Shown: positions 47,431 to 56,294, counted from the first letter of the stretch. The stretch is 64,000 nt of DNA from an uncultured Gammaproteobacteria bacterium (GCA_964588165.1 CAZPMS010000002.1:105839-169838); one strand, 5' to 3'. The notes: generated by a model from the letters alone, not told the origin. Made by a program: numbers and translations.

Positions 47431-47799
47431 ATGGAATATAAATCGTTTAAAGAAGTGCCTATTTGGCAGAAAAGCGTCAAATTAATTGAAGCAGTTTATA
47501 AAATAACTAAAAATTTTCCTGAAAGCGAAAAGTTTAATTTAACAAGCCAGTTAAGAAGATCAGCTGTTTCAGTAGCCAGTAATATTGCAGAAAGTTGGGG
47601 CCGATATCACTACGCTGATAAAATTAGGGTTTTATATATTGTTCGTGGTGAAATAGAAGAAACTAGAAGTCATCTAGCTATTGCAAGAAAATTGAATTAC
47701 TGTTCAGAAAATAATTATCTAATTCTGGAAAAGTTTTATGAGGAGTTATTACATGACCTGAATAAGCATAAAAAGACATTAAATAGTAAAAATATATAA
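47431..47799 (+). CDS. four-helix-bundle protein (TIGR02436 / 23S rRNA intervening-sequence protein family)
   Basis: 122 aa; SQLRRSAVSVASNIAE signature. Confidence 0.85.
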   Translation: MEYKSFKEVPIWQKSVKLIEAVYKITKNFPESEKFNLTSQLRRSAVSVASNIAESWGRYHYADKIRVLYIVRGEIEETRSHLAIARKLNYCSENNYLILEKFYEELLHDLNKHKKTLNSKNI

Positions 47800-47826
47800 T
47801 TCTAATCCTCAATCCTTGATCCTCAA
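47800..47826 (-). repeat. right inverted repeat (ttctaatcctcaatccttgatcctcaa)
   Basis: RC = ttgaggatcaaggattgaggattagaa. Confidence 0.65.
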
Positions 47827-47831
47827 TTTTA

Positions 47832-49310
47832 ATGATTATCAGAAAATCACAATTTGTATTCTATATATGCCTAAGTTTTATTATTGGCGTTGGTTTAGCC
47901 TCATTTTTTAATATTGCTTGGCTGATAATTTATTTAGTTTGTTTGGTTAGCATTGTTTCAATAATTTTTGTGAAAAGAAAATCATTATTGTTATTAATTT
48001 CCCTTTGTTTATTATTTTTTGCCTTTGGAATTTCTCGGCAGCAATTATCAAATCCTATTGTTAATGAAAATCATCTGGCTTTTTATAACAATCAGTCAGA
48101 AACAGAATTCAGACAGCGTAAGTCAATCACATTTAAAGGAAAGATTATTGATGAGCCTGATGTAAGAAAGGACCACATTAAATACAAAGTCCGCGGTATT
48201 GATAAAAAAGGAAATGTTCTAGTTAGAACTTCTTTGTTTCCTCAATATCAATATGGTGATGTTTTAGAAATAAATTGTGAGTTTACCCAGCCGGAACCGA
48301 TTGAGGATTTTAGATATGATAAATATCTGGCCCTTTCAAATATCTATTCAATTTGCTATCGAGGGCAGATTGAAAAAATTGAATCAAATCAGGGGAATTT
48401 ATTTAAATCAACAATCTTTAAAATAAAAAGCAAGGTGGTTAAAGTTTCCAGCCAAATTTTGCCGGAACCGCAAGCTTCATTTTTGGGCGGCCTTTTGTGG
48501 GGCGCCAAAAAAGGCATGCCCCAAGATGTTTTAGAAAATTTTAACCGAACCGGCGTTACTCATATAATTGCTGTTTCCGGCTATAACATAACCATCATCG
48601 CCGTAATGCTGACCAATCTATTTATTGGACTTGGCCTTTCCAGGAAAAAAGCTTTTTGGCTGATTGTTTTGGGAATTATTTTTTTTGTGGTTATTACAGG
48701 TTCACCAGCTTCAATCGTAAGGGCCGGCATAATGGGCATAGTGGCTTTAATTTCTACCACCGTGGGCCGGGCCACCAAGATGCATAATATTTTAGTTATT
48801 GTTTGCGTGATAATGCTTTTATATAATTCAAAGGTTTTAATTTGGGATGCCGGTTTCCAGCTTTCTTTTTTAGCTACCATTGGATTAATTTATTTTGTGC
48901 CAATTTTAGAAAAATATACCAAATGGCTACCATCAACTTTTGAACTAAGAGAGTCATTTACTACAACTTTATCGGCTATTATATTAACTACGCCTTTAAT
49001 TTTGTTTCAATTCGGCCGGTTTTCCTTTTTGGCACCCATTGCCAACCTGCTAATTTTACCGGTTATCCCGATAAATATGGCAGTTGGTTTTTTGGCTGTA
49101 GTTTTTGGTTTAATTTGGCTTCCTTTGGGGCAAGTAATCGCTTGGATATCTTGGGTAATATTAACTTATGTTCTTAAACTGACAGAAATTTTAGCAAAGC
49201 TTGAATGGGCCTCGGTGCCAGTAACTAATTTACCCTGGATTTTTATGGTTTTGGGATATTTAATAATTGGCGTACTTATTTATAAAAAAAATAAATATTT
49301 AATTTTATGA
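47832..49310 (+). CDS. comEC: DNA internalization competence protein ComEC/Rec2, membrane channel part (DUF4131 + competence domain)
   Basis: 492 aa polytopic; GVTHIIAVSGYNITII motif. Confidence 0.8.
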   Translation: MIIRKSQFVFYICLSFIIGVGLASFFNIAWLIIYLVCLVSIVSIIFVKRKSLLLLISLCLLFFAFGISRQQLSNPIVNENHLAFYNNQSETEFRQRKSITFKGKIIDEPDVRKDHIKYKVRGIDKKGNVLVRTSLFPQYQYGDVLEINCEFTQPEPIEDFRYDKYLALSNIYSICYRGQIEKIESNQGNLFKSTIFKIKSKVVKVSSQILPEPQASFLGGLLWGAKKGMPQDVLENFNRTGVTHIIAVSGYNITIIAVMLTNLFIGLGLSRKKAFWLIVLGIIFFVVITGSPASIVRAGIMGIVALISTTVGRATKMHNILVIVCVIMLLYNSKVLIWDAGFQLSFLATIGLIYFVPILEKYTKWLPSTFELRESFTTTLSAIILTTPLILFQFGRFSFLAPIANLLILPVIPINMAVGFLAVVFGLIWLPLGQVIAWISWVILTYVLKLTEILAKLEWASVPVTNLPWIFMVLGYLIIGVLIYKKNKYLIL

Positions 49311-50155
49311 AAAAAGTTATTAAAATACTGATTGGACTTTTTCTAGTAGTTACAGTTCTTTTAACTTCAGTTTGGTTTTCTGGTAAAGATAATGATCTCG
49401 AAGTTTATTTTTTTAATATTGGCCAGGGTGATGGAGTTTTAATCAGGACGCCTTCATATCAAAATATAATTATTGATGGCGGACCGGACAATTCATTTAT
49501 TACTAAGTTGGGCCAAGCTTTGCCATTTTATGATAAAACTATTGATCTAATGGTTTTAACCCATCCGCACGACGACCATATATATGGTTTAGTAGAAGTT
49601 TTAAAAAGATATAAAGTTAAACAAGTTTTGTATACCGGAGTTTTGCATCCAACTGATGCTTATTTGGAGTGGCTGGTAATTATTAAAGAAAAACAAATCC
49701 CTTTAAAAATCGCTTTGGCTGGCCAGAAGTTCATTTTTGGAGAAGCTGAATTAAAGGTTTTTTATCCTTTTATTGATTTTACTAATCAGAAAATTGAAAA
49801 TCTTAATAATAGTTCGGTAGTGGTCCAACTAATTTATGAAGAAGTTAAAATATTATTTATGGGCGATTTAGAAATTGAAGGAGAAGAAGAAATTTTAGAT
49901 AATAATTATGATATTAGATCCCAAGTTATCAAACTGGGCCATCATGGCAGCGACACTTCATCAATAGAAGATTTTCTAAAAAAAGTCCAGGCAGAACATG
50001 CCGTTATTCAAGTAGGGGAGGATAATAAGTTCGGCCACCCTTCCAGAAGAATATTAAGCCGGCTTAAGCGTTTAGAAATTGGGCTGTTTAGAACAGATTT
50101 ATTAGGAACAATTATTTTAATCAGCGACGGCATAGATATAAAAATAGGAACTTGA
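49307..50155 (+). CDS. metallo-beta-lactamase domain protein (ComEC C-terminal domain encoded as separate ORF)
   Basis: 282 aa; THPHDDH motif; 4-nt overlap with comEC stop. Confidence 0.75.
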   Translation: MKKVIKILIGLFLVVTVLLTSVWFSGKDNDLEVYFFNIGQGDGVLIRTPSYQNIIIDGGPDNSFITKLGQALPFYDKTIDLMVLTHPHDDHIYGLVEVLKRYKVKQVLYTGVLHPTDAYLEWLVIIKEKQIPLKIALAGQKFIFGEAELKVFYPFIDFTNQKIENLNNSSVVVQLIYEEVKILFMGDLEIEGEEEILDNNYDIRSQVIKLGHHGSDTSSIEDFLKKVQAEHAVIQVGEDNKFGHPSRRILSRLKRLEIGLFRTDLLGTIILISDGIDIKIGT

Positions 50156-50207
50156 CCCAGTCGCTCGCGCCATGCCTCGCCGGCAGGCAGGAGCAGCGGG
50201 GTTGATT
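50156..50207 (+). repeat. GC-rich ~50-nt repeat element B (copy of 8420-8471)
   Basis: 47/49 identity to copy A; immediately after MBL gene stop. Confidence 0.8.
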
Positions 50208-50229
50208 CTTGGCTAGGTTTTGCTATAAT
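50202..50229 (+). promoter_or_regulatory. promoter TTGATT-16-TATAAT (overlaps end of repeat B)
   Basis: ttgatt 50202-50207, 16-nt spacer, tataat 50224-50229; upstream of response-regulator and ndk. Confidence 0.55.
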
Positions 50230-50262
50230 ATTAGTATTCATGGAGAATAAATTATTAAGTTA

Positions 50263-50655
50263 TTGAAAAAAATTATGGCAGAAAAACAATATAATATCGT
50301 TTTAATAGAAGATGAAGAAATGTTGGCTAACATGTATGAAACAAAGTTTCAAAATCAGGGATATAAAATCCGCAAAGCTTTGGATGGTGAGAGCGGGCTA
50401 AAATTAATAGAAGAGGAAGTGCCAGATTTAATACTGTTGGATATTATCATGCCAAAATTAGATGGTTTTTCTGTTTTAAAAAGAATTAGAGAGATACCAA
50501 AAATAAAAAATGTGCCGGTTATTATGTTAACTAATTTAGGCCAGGATGAAGATATAAAAAAGGGCCAGAGCCTAGGGGCAGTCGGCTATTTGGTAAAGGC
50601 AAACTTGACACCTGCTGAAGTTGTTGCTAAGGTAAAGGACTTCTTAAGTAAGTAA
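50263..50655 (+). CDS. stand-alone response-regulator receiver domain protein (CheY-like)
   Basis: 130 aa; DD...D phospho-acceptor (LLDIIMP), K at end of beta5. Confidence 0.8.
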   Translation: MKKIMAEKQYNIVLIEDEEMLANMYETKFQNQGYKIRKALDGESGLKLIEEEVPDLILLDIIMPKLDGFSVLKRIREIPKIKNVPVIMLTNLGQDEDIKKGQSLGAVGYLVKANLTPAEVVAKVKDFLSK

Positions 50656-50666
50656 TAATTATATAT

Positions 50667-51125
50667 ATGGAAAAAACACTAATTATATTAAAACCGGACG
50701 CCATCCAAAGGAATTTGGTAGGTGAAATTGTTTCCAGATTTGAGAAAAAAGGCTTAAAAATAGCTGGTATGAAAATGGTTGAGCTGGATGACCTCAAACT
50801 TGATGAGCACTATGAGCACCACAAAGACAAGCCTTTTTTTGGCAATTTAAAAAAATTCATGAAGAGTTCACCCGTTTTATTAATGGTTTTAGAAGGCCAT
50901 GATGTTGTTAAGGCTGTTAGATTGGTTGTCGGTTCCACTAAACCGATAGAAGCCGACTCCGGAACCATTAGGGGCGATTTAGCCATGACTAACTGGAATT
51001 TAGTCCATGCTTCTGATTCTTTAGAAACAGCCACCAAAGAAATTAAAAGATTTTTTGAAGATGATGAGCTGTTTAGCTATAACAAAACCGGTTGGGAAAT
51101 GGTTTACGAAGAAGAGTTCAAATAA
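50667..51125 (+). CDS. ndk: nucleoside diphosphate kinase
   Basis: 152 aa; NLVHASDS active-site His region. Confidence 0.9.
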   Translation: MEKTLIILKPDAIQRNLVGEIVSRFEKKGLKIAGMKMVELDDLKLDEHYEHHKDKPFFGNLKKFMKSSPVLLMVLEGHDVVKAVRLVVGSTKPIEADSGTIRGDLAMTNWNLVHASDSLETATKEIKRFFEDDELFSYNKTGWEMVYEEEFK

Positions 51126-51270
51126 TAATTTGCTATAAATAGAAATTTAGTGTAAAATATTTATACTATGAATATAATTCAAAAAAGCCAAAATTGGTGG
51201 AATATGTATCTTCCTTTTCTACGGGTGGCTTCTTTGGATGTTTAAATACATTATTTCCTCTTAAATAAAG

Positions 51271-51299
51271 AATCCTCCCAGAGAAAAGGAGGATTTTTT
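51271..51299 (+). terminator. rho-independent terminator (aatcctcc-cagagaaaa-ggaggatt + T-run)
   Basis: perfect 8-bp stem + ttttt. Confidence 0.65.
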
Positions 51300-51321
51300 G
51301 TTCTTTACGCCAGGAGGAATT

Positions 51322-51420
51322 ATGTTCAGCAAAAGAAACAAACCTGAAACATCAGATGATTCAAACCAAGAAGAAACTACTGATGATTTTGATTTTCTTA
51401 GAGGTTTTTTAGGCTGTTAA
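51322..51420 (+). CDS. small acidic peptide ORF, 32 aa (MFSKRNKPETSDDSNQEETTDDFDFLRGFLGC)
   Basis: SD aggagga 5 nt upstream; below ORF-track cutoff. Confidence 0.3.
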   Translation: MFSKRNKPETSDDSNQEETTDDFDFLRGFLGC

Positions 51421-51442
51421 CCGTAAGAAGGAGAGGTTTTTT

Positions 51443-51598
51443 ATGGACGGTAAAGATTCGATTGTTCCAAGTGTACAGCCAGAAGGGGGTAATTCGTCTG
51501 ATGAGCCAAAAATGGCCAGTAAAGATGGTTTAGCGCCAGAAGTTCCTTTGGAAAACCCGCCCAAAAATCATCAACCCTACGCTAGTTGGGAAGAGTAA
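51443..51598 (+). CDS. small protein ORF, 51 aa
   Basis: SD aaggagagg upstream; followed by terminator 51611-51637. Confidence 0.4.
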   Translation: MDGKDSIVPSVQPEGGNSSDEPKMASKDGLAPEVPLENPPKNHQPYASWEE

Positions 51599-51610
51599 GA
51601 TTTGTTTCAA

Positions 51611-51637
51611 AAGCCAGGCACCAGCTTGGCTTTTTTT
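51611..51637 (+). terminator. rho-independent terminator (agcca-ggcaccagct-tggct + T7)
   Basis: hairpin + ttttttt. Confidence 0.55.
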
Positions 51638-51641
51638 CTTG

Positions 51642-51671
51642 AACCAGCCCTTCGCGAAGGGCTGGTTGACA
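51642..51671 (+). repeat. perfect 11-bp-stem GC hairpin fused to TTGACA (aaccagccctt-cgcg-aagggctggtt-gaca); family member also at 55823-55856
   Basis: read directly. Confidence 0.7.
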
Positions 51672-51945
51672 ATATTTTTTCTCCTTGCTAAACTTTTATT
51701 AATCACTATGAATAATCAAAAAAGCCAGAGTAAATCACAGATTATGGTACAAAATGTCTTTTTTGGTTTCTTTTTTAGCTAGCTATCTGGTGGTTAGACG
51801 TTTTTAAATAAATAGAAACAGTAAATCTAGTCACCGGATAGGTGGCTTTTTTAGTTGTTCAAAGATTCTATTTTCTAATTAATCAATTGGAAAACTCAAT
51901 TTTTGAACAATTCAATAGTTGCAAAAGTTAACTGGAGGTGTATTA

Positions 51946-52157
51946 TGTCTACCAGACAACCACAAGTAGATAAGCAAGCAGAACAGATAAGTGATCAAAG
52001 GAGGAACGACCATGGAATCAACGATAATGGAGAGATGGGTAGTGAGACTGCAAGTTTTATTCCTGTGTCCCCGAATACTTTTCACCACCAAGCTACTTTG
52101 GTGAGTGGGATTGATCCTGGTTACGACTGGGAAAACCATAAACATCGGCCTTGGTAA
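51946..52157 (+). CDS. small hydrophilic protein ORF, 70 aa (start at internal ATG with SD ctggagg; track ORF 51903-52157)
   Basis: SD 7 nt upstream of ATG 51946; strong terminator follows. Confidence 0.45.
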
Positions 52158-52160
52158 CAC

Positions 52161-52216
52161 ATTTTTCGGACAGGATCCAAATTCAAAAAAGGTTCCTGTC
52201 CGAACCTTATATTTTT
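52161..52216 (+). terminator. strong rho-independent terminator (ttcggacaggatcc...ggttcctgtccgaa + T-run)
   Basis: 14-bp stem with one mismatch. Confidence 0.65.
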
Positions 52217-52367
52217 TAGAAAATTTAAATATTTTTAAAGCGGCAGAGTTTGCCTCAACTAAATCCGGTTAAGGACTAATTGAGACTAAAGACTCGTGCC
52301 GCTTTTTTATTCGTAACAAATTTTTATAAAAAAGTCAAGGTATTTTTTTTATCAACGTTTTAATTGA

Positions 52368-52396
52368 TTTGACACTTTTTTAGAATATGATAAAAT
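52368..52396 (+). promoter_or_regulatory. promoter TTGACA-16-TAAAAT
   Basis: ttgaca, 16-nt spacer, taaaat. Confidence 0.5.
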
Positions 52397-52560
52397 TATT
52401 CTTGATATGAAAACAGCCACCGAAAATATATCAAGAATAACAAATCTAAACATCTTAGATCTTATTTTAGCTATTATTATTTTAATTCCGCTGATGGTGG
52501 TCAGTTAATTCGTTTTATAAGTACTTTATATAACGCTGACCACCGGTCAGCGTTTTTAGT
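52397..52560 (+). promoter_or_regulatory. structured leader with alternative antiterminator/terminator pairing (attenuator- or riboswitch-like)
   Basis: 5' hairpin attcttgatat/atatcaagaat; segment ccgctgatggtggtcag (52489-52505) complementary to left arm of terminator cgctgacc-acc-ggtcagcg+ttttt (52537-52560). Confidence 0.4.
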
Positions 52561-52696
52561 TTGTTTAGCTACGCTAAACAAACTACCCTGAGCGAAGTCG
52601 AAGGGTTTAAAGTCTAATATAAATATTGGACGCCAGATAAAAAGAGTTTGTCGTTTAGTCAAAAACATAGTGAAAGAACCAACGGAGGATAGTGTC

Positions 52697-52840
52697 ATGT
52701 GCACAAAATGTGGTCATCCATTACAGCCAGTTATCATTTCTATTGAATCTCTTGATCCGGTAAACGGAGCCAGTGGCCCAACCGTGGACAGGTGTGTTAA
52801 TCCTAAATGTGAGAGGAATTACAAAAAGGTTGAAAAGTAA
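52697..52840 (+). CDS. small zinc-ribbon protein ORF, 47 aa (CTKC...CVNPKC)
   Basis: SD aacggagga 7 nt upstream; terminator 52855-52893 follows. Confidence 0.45.
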   Translation: MCTKCGHPLQPVIISIESLDPVNGASGPTVDRCVNPKCERNYKKVEK

Positions 52841-52854
52841 AATCAACCTTAATC

Positions 52855-52893
52855 ATTAAACCGTTCTCAATTTTGAGAGCGGTTTTTCCTTTT
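52855..52893 (+). terminator. rho-independent terminator (accgttctca-attt-tgagagcggt + T-run)
   Basis: hairpin + ttttt. Confidence 0.55.
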
Positions 52894-53261
52894 TTAAAAA
52901 TATGATATAATTAAAGAGCCCTACCAATAAAGGCAACAGATTGGAGCTCTACAATCCTATTGGAAAGGGAGTTCGTATAAGGATAAACCGTGGTTTATTC
53001 TTGAGAATACCCATCGGTCGCAACTTAATTGCTACAAGTAAGAAAAGTTATATCTTTGCTAACTGCTAGCTATTAGGTGACCAGTTTGTTTACCAGGAAC
53101 TTCCAATCTTAGCCATTTTGGCTAGGGCTTTAAGTTAGAAAAACTGGCTCTTTTAGTCAGTTTTTTGTAACAAATTAAGGTTTTTTACGTCTTAATTAGT
53201 GCAAGGAGCTATCACCAGGCTTGTGTTTAAGCTATTTAAAAGCTCCTTTTTTTATCTAAAT

Positions 53262-55022
53262 ATGAAGAATTACACTAAACAAACATTTAAAATTTTTTGG
53301 CAGCACACCAGGCAACATTGGGTTAGTTTTGTAGTGGTTACTTTTTCTGTCATCATTGCCTCATTAGCTAACATAATTGCTCCGCTTTATTATAAAGATT
53401 TTTTTGATATTCTAAGCGGTCCAGGTTCAATTGACTCAAAGCCACCAATATTGGTGGGCATACTTATTAAAATATTGTTAGTTTATGCTGTTGCCTGGAC
53501 ATTTTGGCGCCTGGCCACTTTTTCCATAAGTTATTTTGAAACCAAAGTGATGGCCAGCCTGTCCAACTTTTGTTTTGGTTATCTTCATAAACATTCTGTA
53601 AATTATTTTAATAATAATTTCGTTGGATCCTTGGTGAAAAAGGTTAACAGATTTGCCAAGGCTTTTGAAGGAATTTCTGACGCCTTATTTTTTGAAGTTC
53701 TGCAAATAGTTACCAGCATCACTTTTATAATTTATATTTTATGGGGCAGGAATAAATGGCTGGGCATAATTATTCTAGTTTGGATTACTATTTATTGTAT
53801 TATCAATTATTTTTTCAGCATCTACAAGTTGAAATATGATTTAAAAAGAAGCCAAGCCAATACAGAGGTCACGGCAGTTTTGGCTGATACTATTACCAAT
53901 CACCAAAATGTTAAATTGTTTACCGGTTATGGACGGGAAAGAAAGCTATTTAAAAAAGTGACTGAAAAGTGGCGAAAGTTACAGCGGTTTTGCTGGGATT
54001 TGGGAAATATTTTTGAAGCTGTTCAGGCCTTGTTAATGATTGGTTTGGAAATCGGCATATTTTATTTTGCTATTGGCCTTTGGCAGCAAGGAATTTTTAC
54101 TATAGGTGATTTTGTTTTAATTCAGGCTTACATAATTACGGTTTTCCATCGGCTTTGGAACTTTGGTCGGATTATCAGGCGCTATTATGAACATATGGCC
54201 GATGCCAATGAGATGACTGAGATTTTAGAAACCCAGCATGAGATAAGAGATGTTAAGAACGCGAAAAAATTAGAAGTTACCCAAGGAGAAATTGAGTTTA
54301 AGAACGCTAACTTTAGCTATCACAAAACCAGGCGGATTTTCTTTAGGCTTAGTTTGATGTTTAAACCCAGGAAGCGGGTGGCTTTGGTTGGGCCTTCCGG
54401 TTCTGGTAAATCCACTTTAGTAAACCTCTTGTTAAGAAATTATGATCTGGGCGGTGGTAAAATTTATATAGATGGCCAGAAAATTTCTTCAGTTACCCAA
54501 GAAAGCCTGCACAAAAATATCAGTATGGTGCCGCAAGATCCAATTTTATTCCACCGGACTTTAATGGAGAACATTTGCTACTCCAAACCAAGTGCTACCA
54601 ATAAGGAAGTTATTAAGGCTGCCAAACTGGCCAGGTGTGATGCTTTTATTAAACAACTCCCAGAAGGCTACCAAACTTACGTTGGTGAAAGGGGAGTCAA
54701 ACTTTCCGGCGGTGAGAGGCAACGAGTGGCTATTGCCAGAGCTATACTAAAAAACGCCCCAATTTTGGTTTTAGATGAAGCCACTTCCAGTTTAGATTCA
54801 GAATCAGAAGAGCTTATTCAAGATGCCTTGAAGGTATTAATGAAAGATAAAACAGTTATTGTAATTGCCCATCGCCTGTCAACTATTATGAAGATGGATA
54901 GGATTGTGGTGCTTAATGAGGGTAAGATAGTGGAACAAGGCAGCCATCAGGAATTAGTAAAAAAGAAATCCGGCTTATATAAGAAGTTATGGGATAAACA
55001 GATAGGCGGCTTCATCAAATAA
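53262..55022 (+). CDS. ABC transporter, fused permease/ATPase exporter (MsbA-like)
   Basis: Walker A GPSGSGKST, signature LSGGERQRVAIARA, Walker B ILVLDEATS; start chosen at ATG 53262 (track gives GTG 53199; neither has a clear SD). Confidence 0.85.
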   Translation: MKNYTKQTFKIFWQHTRQHWVSFVVVTFSVIIASLANIIAPLYYKDFFDILSGPGSIDSKPPILVGILIKILLVYAVAWTFWRLATFSISYFETKVMASLSNFCFGYLHKHSVNYFNNNFVGSLVKKVNRFAKAFEGISDALFFEVLQIVTSITFIIYILWGRNKWLGIIILVWITIYCIINYFFSIYKLKYDLKRSQANTEVTAVLADTITNHQNVKLFTGYGRERKLFKKVTEKWRKLQRFCWDLGNIFEAVQALLMIGLEIGIFYFAIGLWQQGIFTIGDFVLIQAYIITVFHRLWNFGRIIRRYYEHMADANEMTEILETQHEIRDVKNAKKLEVTQGEIEFKNANFSYHKTRRIFFRLSLMFKPRKRVALVGPSGSGKSTLVNLLLRNYDLGGGKIYIDGQKISSVTQESLHKNISMVPQDPILFHRTLMENICYSKPSATNKEVIKAAKLARCDAFIKQLPEGYQTYVGERGVKLSGGERQRVAIARAILKNAPILVLDEATSSLDSESEELIQDALKVLMKDKTVIVIAHRLSTIMKMDRIVVLNEGKIVEQGSHQELVKKKSGLYKKLWDKQIGGFIK

Positions 55023-55066
55023 TGTAAAATGTAAATAGAAGCCGTCTTGAGCGAACCAAGCTTTGC

Positions 55067-55777
55067 TTGATGAGTCGAAAGACGGATTTATCAGCTGACT
55101 ATGATATAATAAGGAATATGATATTCTCAATTTTTTCTGAAAATCCAATTTTAATAATTCCATTTTTGTTGGCAATTTTTTATTGTTTAACAATTCATGA
55201 ATTCGCTCATGCTTGGGCGGCATCAATACAAGGTGATAATACTGCTAAATTGTCTGGAAGACTTACTCTAAATCCATTACCTCATATTGATATAGTCGGC
55301 TTATTGATGTTTATGTTTGCTGGTTTTGGCTGGGCAAAACCTGTTCCAGTAAATCCAAATAATCTAAAAAATGGAAAACGAAGTGACATAATTGTATCTT
55401 TAGCTGGAATAGTTTTTAATTTAATAAGTTTAGTTATATTTACAATAATGTTTAAAGTGTTATTTTCCAATTTACACCCATTTTATGTATATAATCAGGC
55501 TTATCCAGAAATAAATATGTTAGCCTATTTTTTATCTACTTTAATCGTTATAAATTTAATCCTTGCAGTTTTTAATTTAATACCCATACCTCCTTTGGAT
55601 GGTTCACATGTTTTGTTTAATATTTTACCGGATAAGTACAATCAGTTTAAAATTAATTTAGCTCAAAATGGACCGATGATTTTATTGATGTTGATACTAG
55701 CTGATAATTTTTTAGGTATTAATATTTTTGGTCATATTTTTAGTCCATTTTTGTGGGTTCTCAACCTTTTTTTATAG
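55067..55777 (+). CDS. M50-family (site-2 protease-like) membrane zinc metalloprotease
   Basis: 236 aa; HEFAH zinc motif within TM helix, polytopic. Confidence 0.7.
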   Translation: MMSRKTDLSADYDIIRNMIFSIFSENPILIIPFLLAIFYCLTIHEFAHAWAASIQGDNTAKLSGRLTLNPLPHIDIVGLLMFMFAGFGWAKPVPVNPNNLKNGKRSDIIVSLAGIVFNLISLVIFTIMFKVLFSNLHPFYVYNQAYPEINMLAYFLSTLIVINLILAVFNLIPIPPLDGSHVLFNILPDKYNQFKINLAQNGPMILLMLILADNFLGINIFGHIFSPFLWVLNLFL

Positions 55778-55822
55778 GAGTTGATATACTTTTAAGTTTT
55801 ATATATAAGCTATTTTAATGGG

Positions 55823-55856
55823 TTGACCCAGCCCTTCACGAAGATCTGGGTTGACA
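55823..55856 (+). repeat. GC hairpin fused to TTGACA (ttgacccagcccttcacgaagatctgggttgaca), relative of 51642-51671
   Basis: read directly. Confidence 0.65.
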
Positions 55857-55935
55857 AAATAGTCATTCTAGATAAAGATATTAGTAAGTTTTTTGGAGGG
55901 TAAACCGTAAGTTCAGACCAAGGAGGGAATGTAAT

Positions 55936-56115
55936 ATGTCACTTTTTAGTAGGAAACCAAAACCCATTAGATTTTGGAGCGGGCCAAGTAGATGGTTTTG
56001 GAGCCTTCCCATGCGTTGGAAAATTCCGATCTTGTTATTGATTTTTATTATCAGCCTCGCTAAGTATTTTGCTGCAGGATTCGTAGGTGGCTGGGCCTCT
56101 GAAAAGATTGAATAA
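55936..56115 (+). CDS. small membrane protein ORF, 59 aa (MSLFSRKPKPIRFWSGPSRWFWSLPMRWKIPILLLIFIISLAKYF...)
   Basis: strong SD aaggaggg 8 nt upstream; preferred over antisense 109-aa ORF 55881-56210; terminator 56139-56165 follows. Confidence 0.45.
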   Translation: MSLFSRKPKPIRFWSGPSRWFWSLPMRWKIPILLLIFIISLAKYFAAGFVGGWASEKIE

Positions 56116-56138
56116 CGAATCCATGGAATTTCTAACAA

Positions 56139-56165
56139 CCCCTGTATTTTATAGGGGTTTTTTGT
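56139..56165 (+). terminator. rho-independent terminator (cccct-gtattttat-agggg + T8)
   Basis: hairpin + tttttttt. Confidence 0.6.
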
Positions 56166-56169
56166 CTTC

Positions 56170-56198
56170 TTGACATCAAAACCTGCCTTTGCTATAAT
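56170..56198 (+). promoter_or_regulatory. consensus sigma70 promoter TTGACA-17-TATAAT of the rpsL-rpsG-fusA operon
   Basis: perfect hexamers, 17-nt spacer; ~220 nt upstream of rpsL. Confidence 0.65.
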
Positions 56199-56294
56199 CC
56201 TTCCAAGCATTAAAAACCCATTACCACTTTAGATTATTTGGTAAAAAAGTGATAAAGGGAAAAGTGAATATTTTCGCAAGAGAAGAATAGTATT

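Noticed and set aside
55881-56210. 109-aa minus-strand ORF between the M50 protease gene and rpsL promoter
   Set aside because: The plus strand carries a 59-aa TM ORF with a strong SD (aaggaggg) followed by a terminator and the rpsL promoter. The minus ORF would overlap these signals and lacks an RBS.
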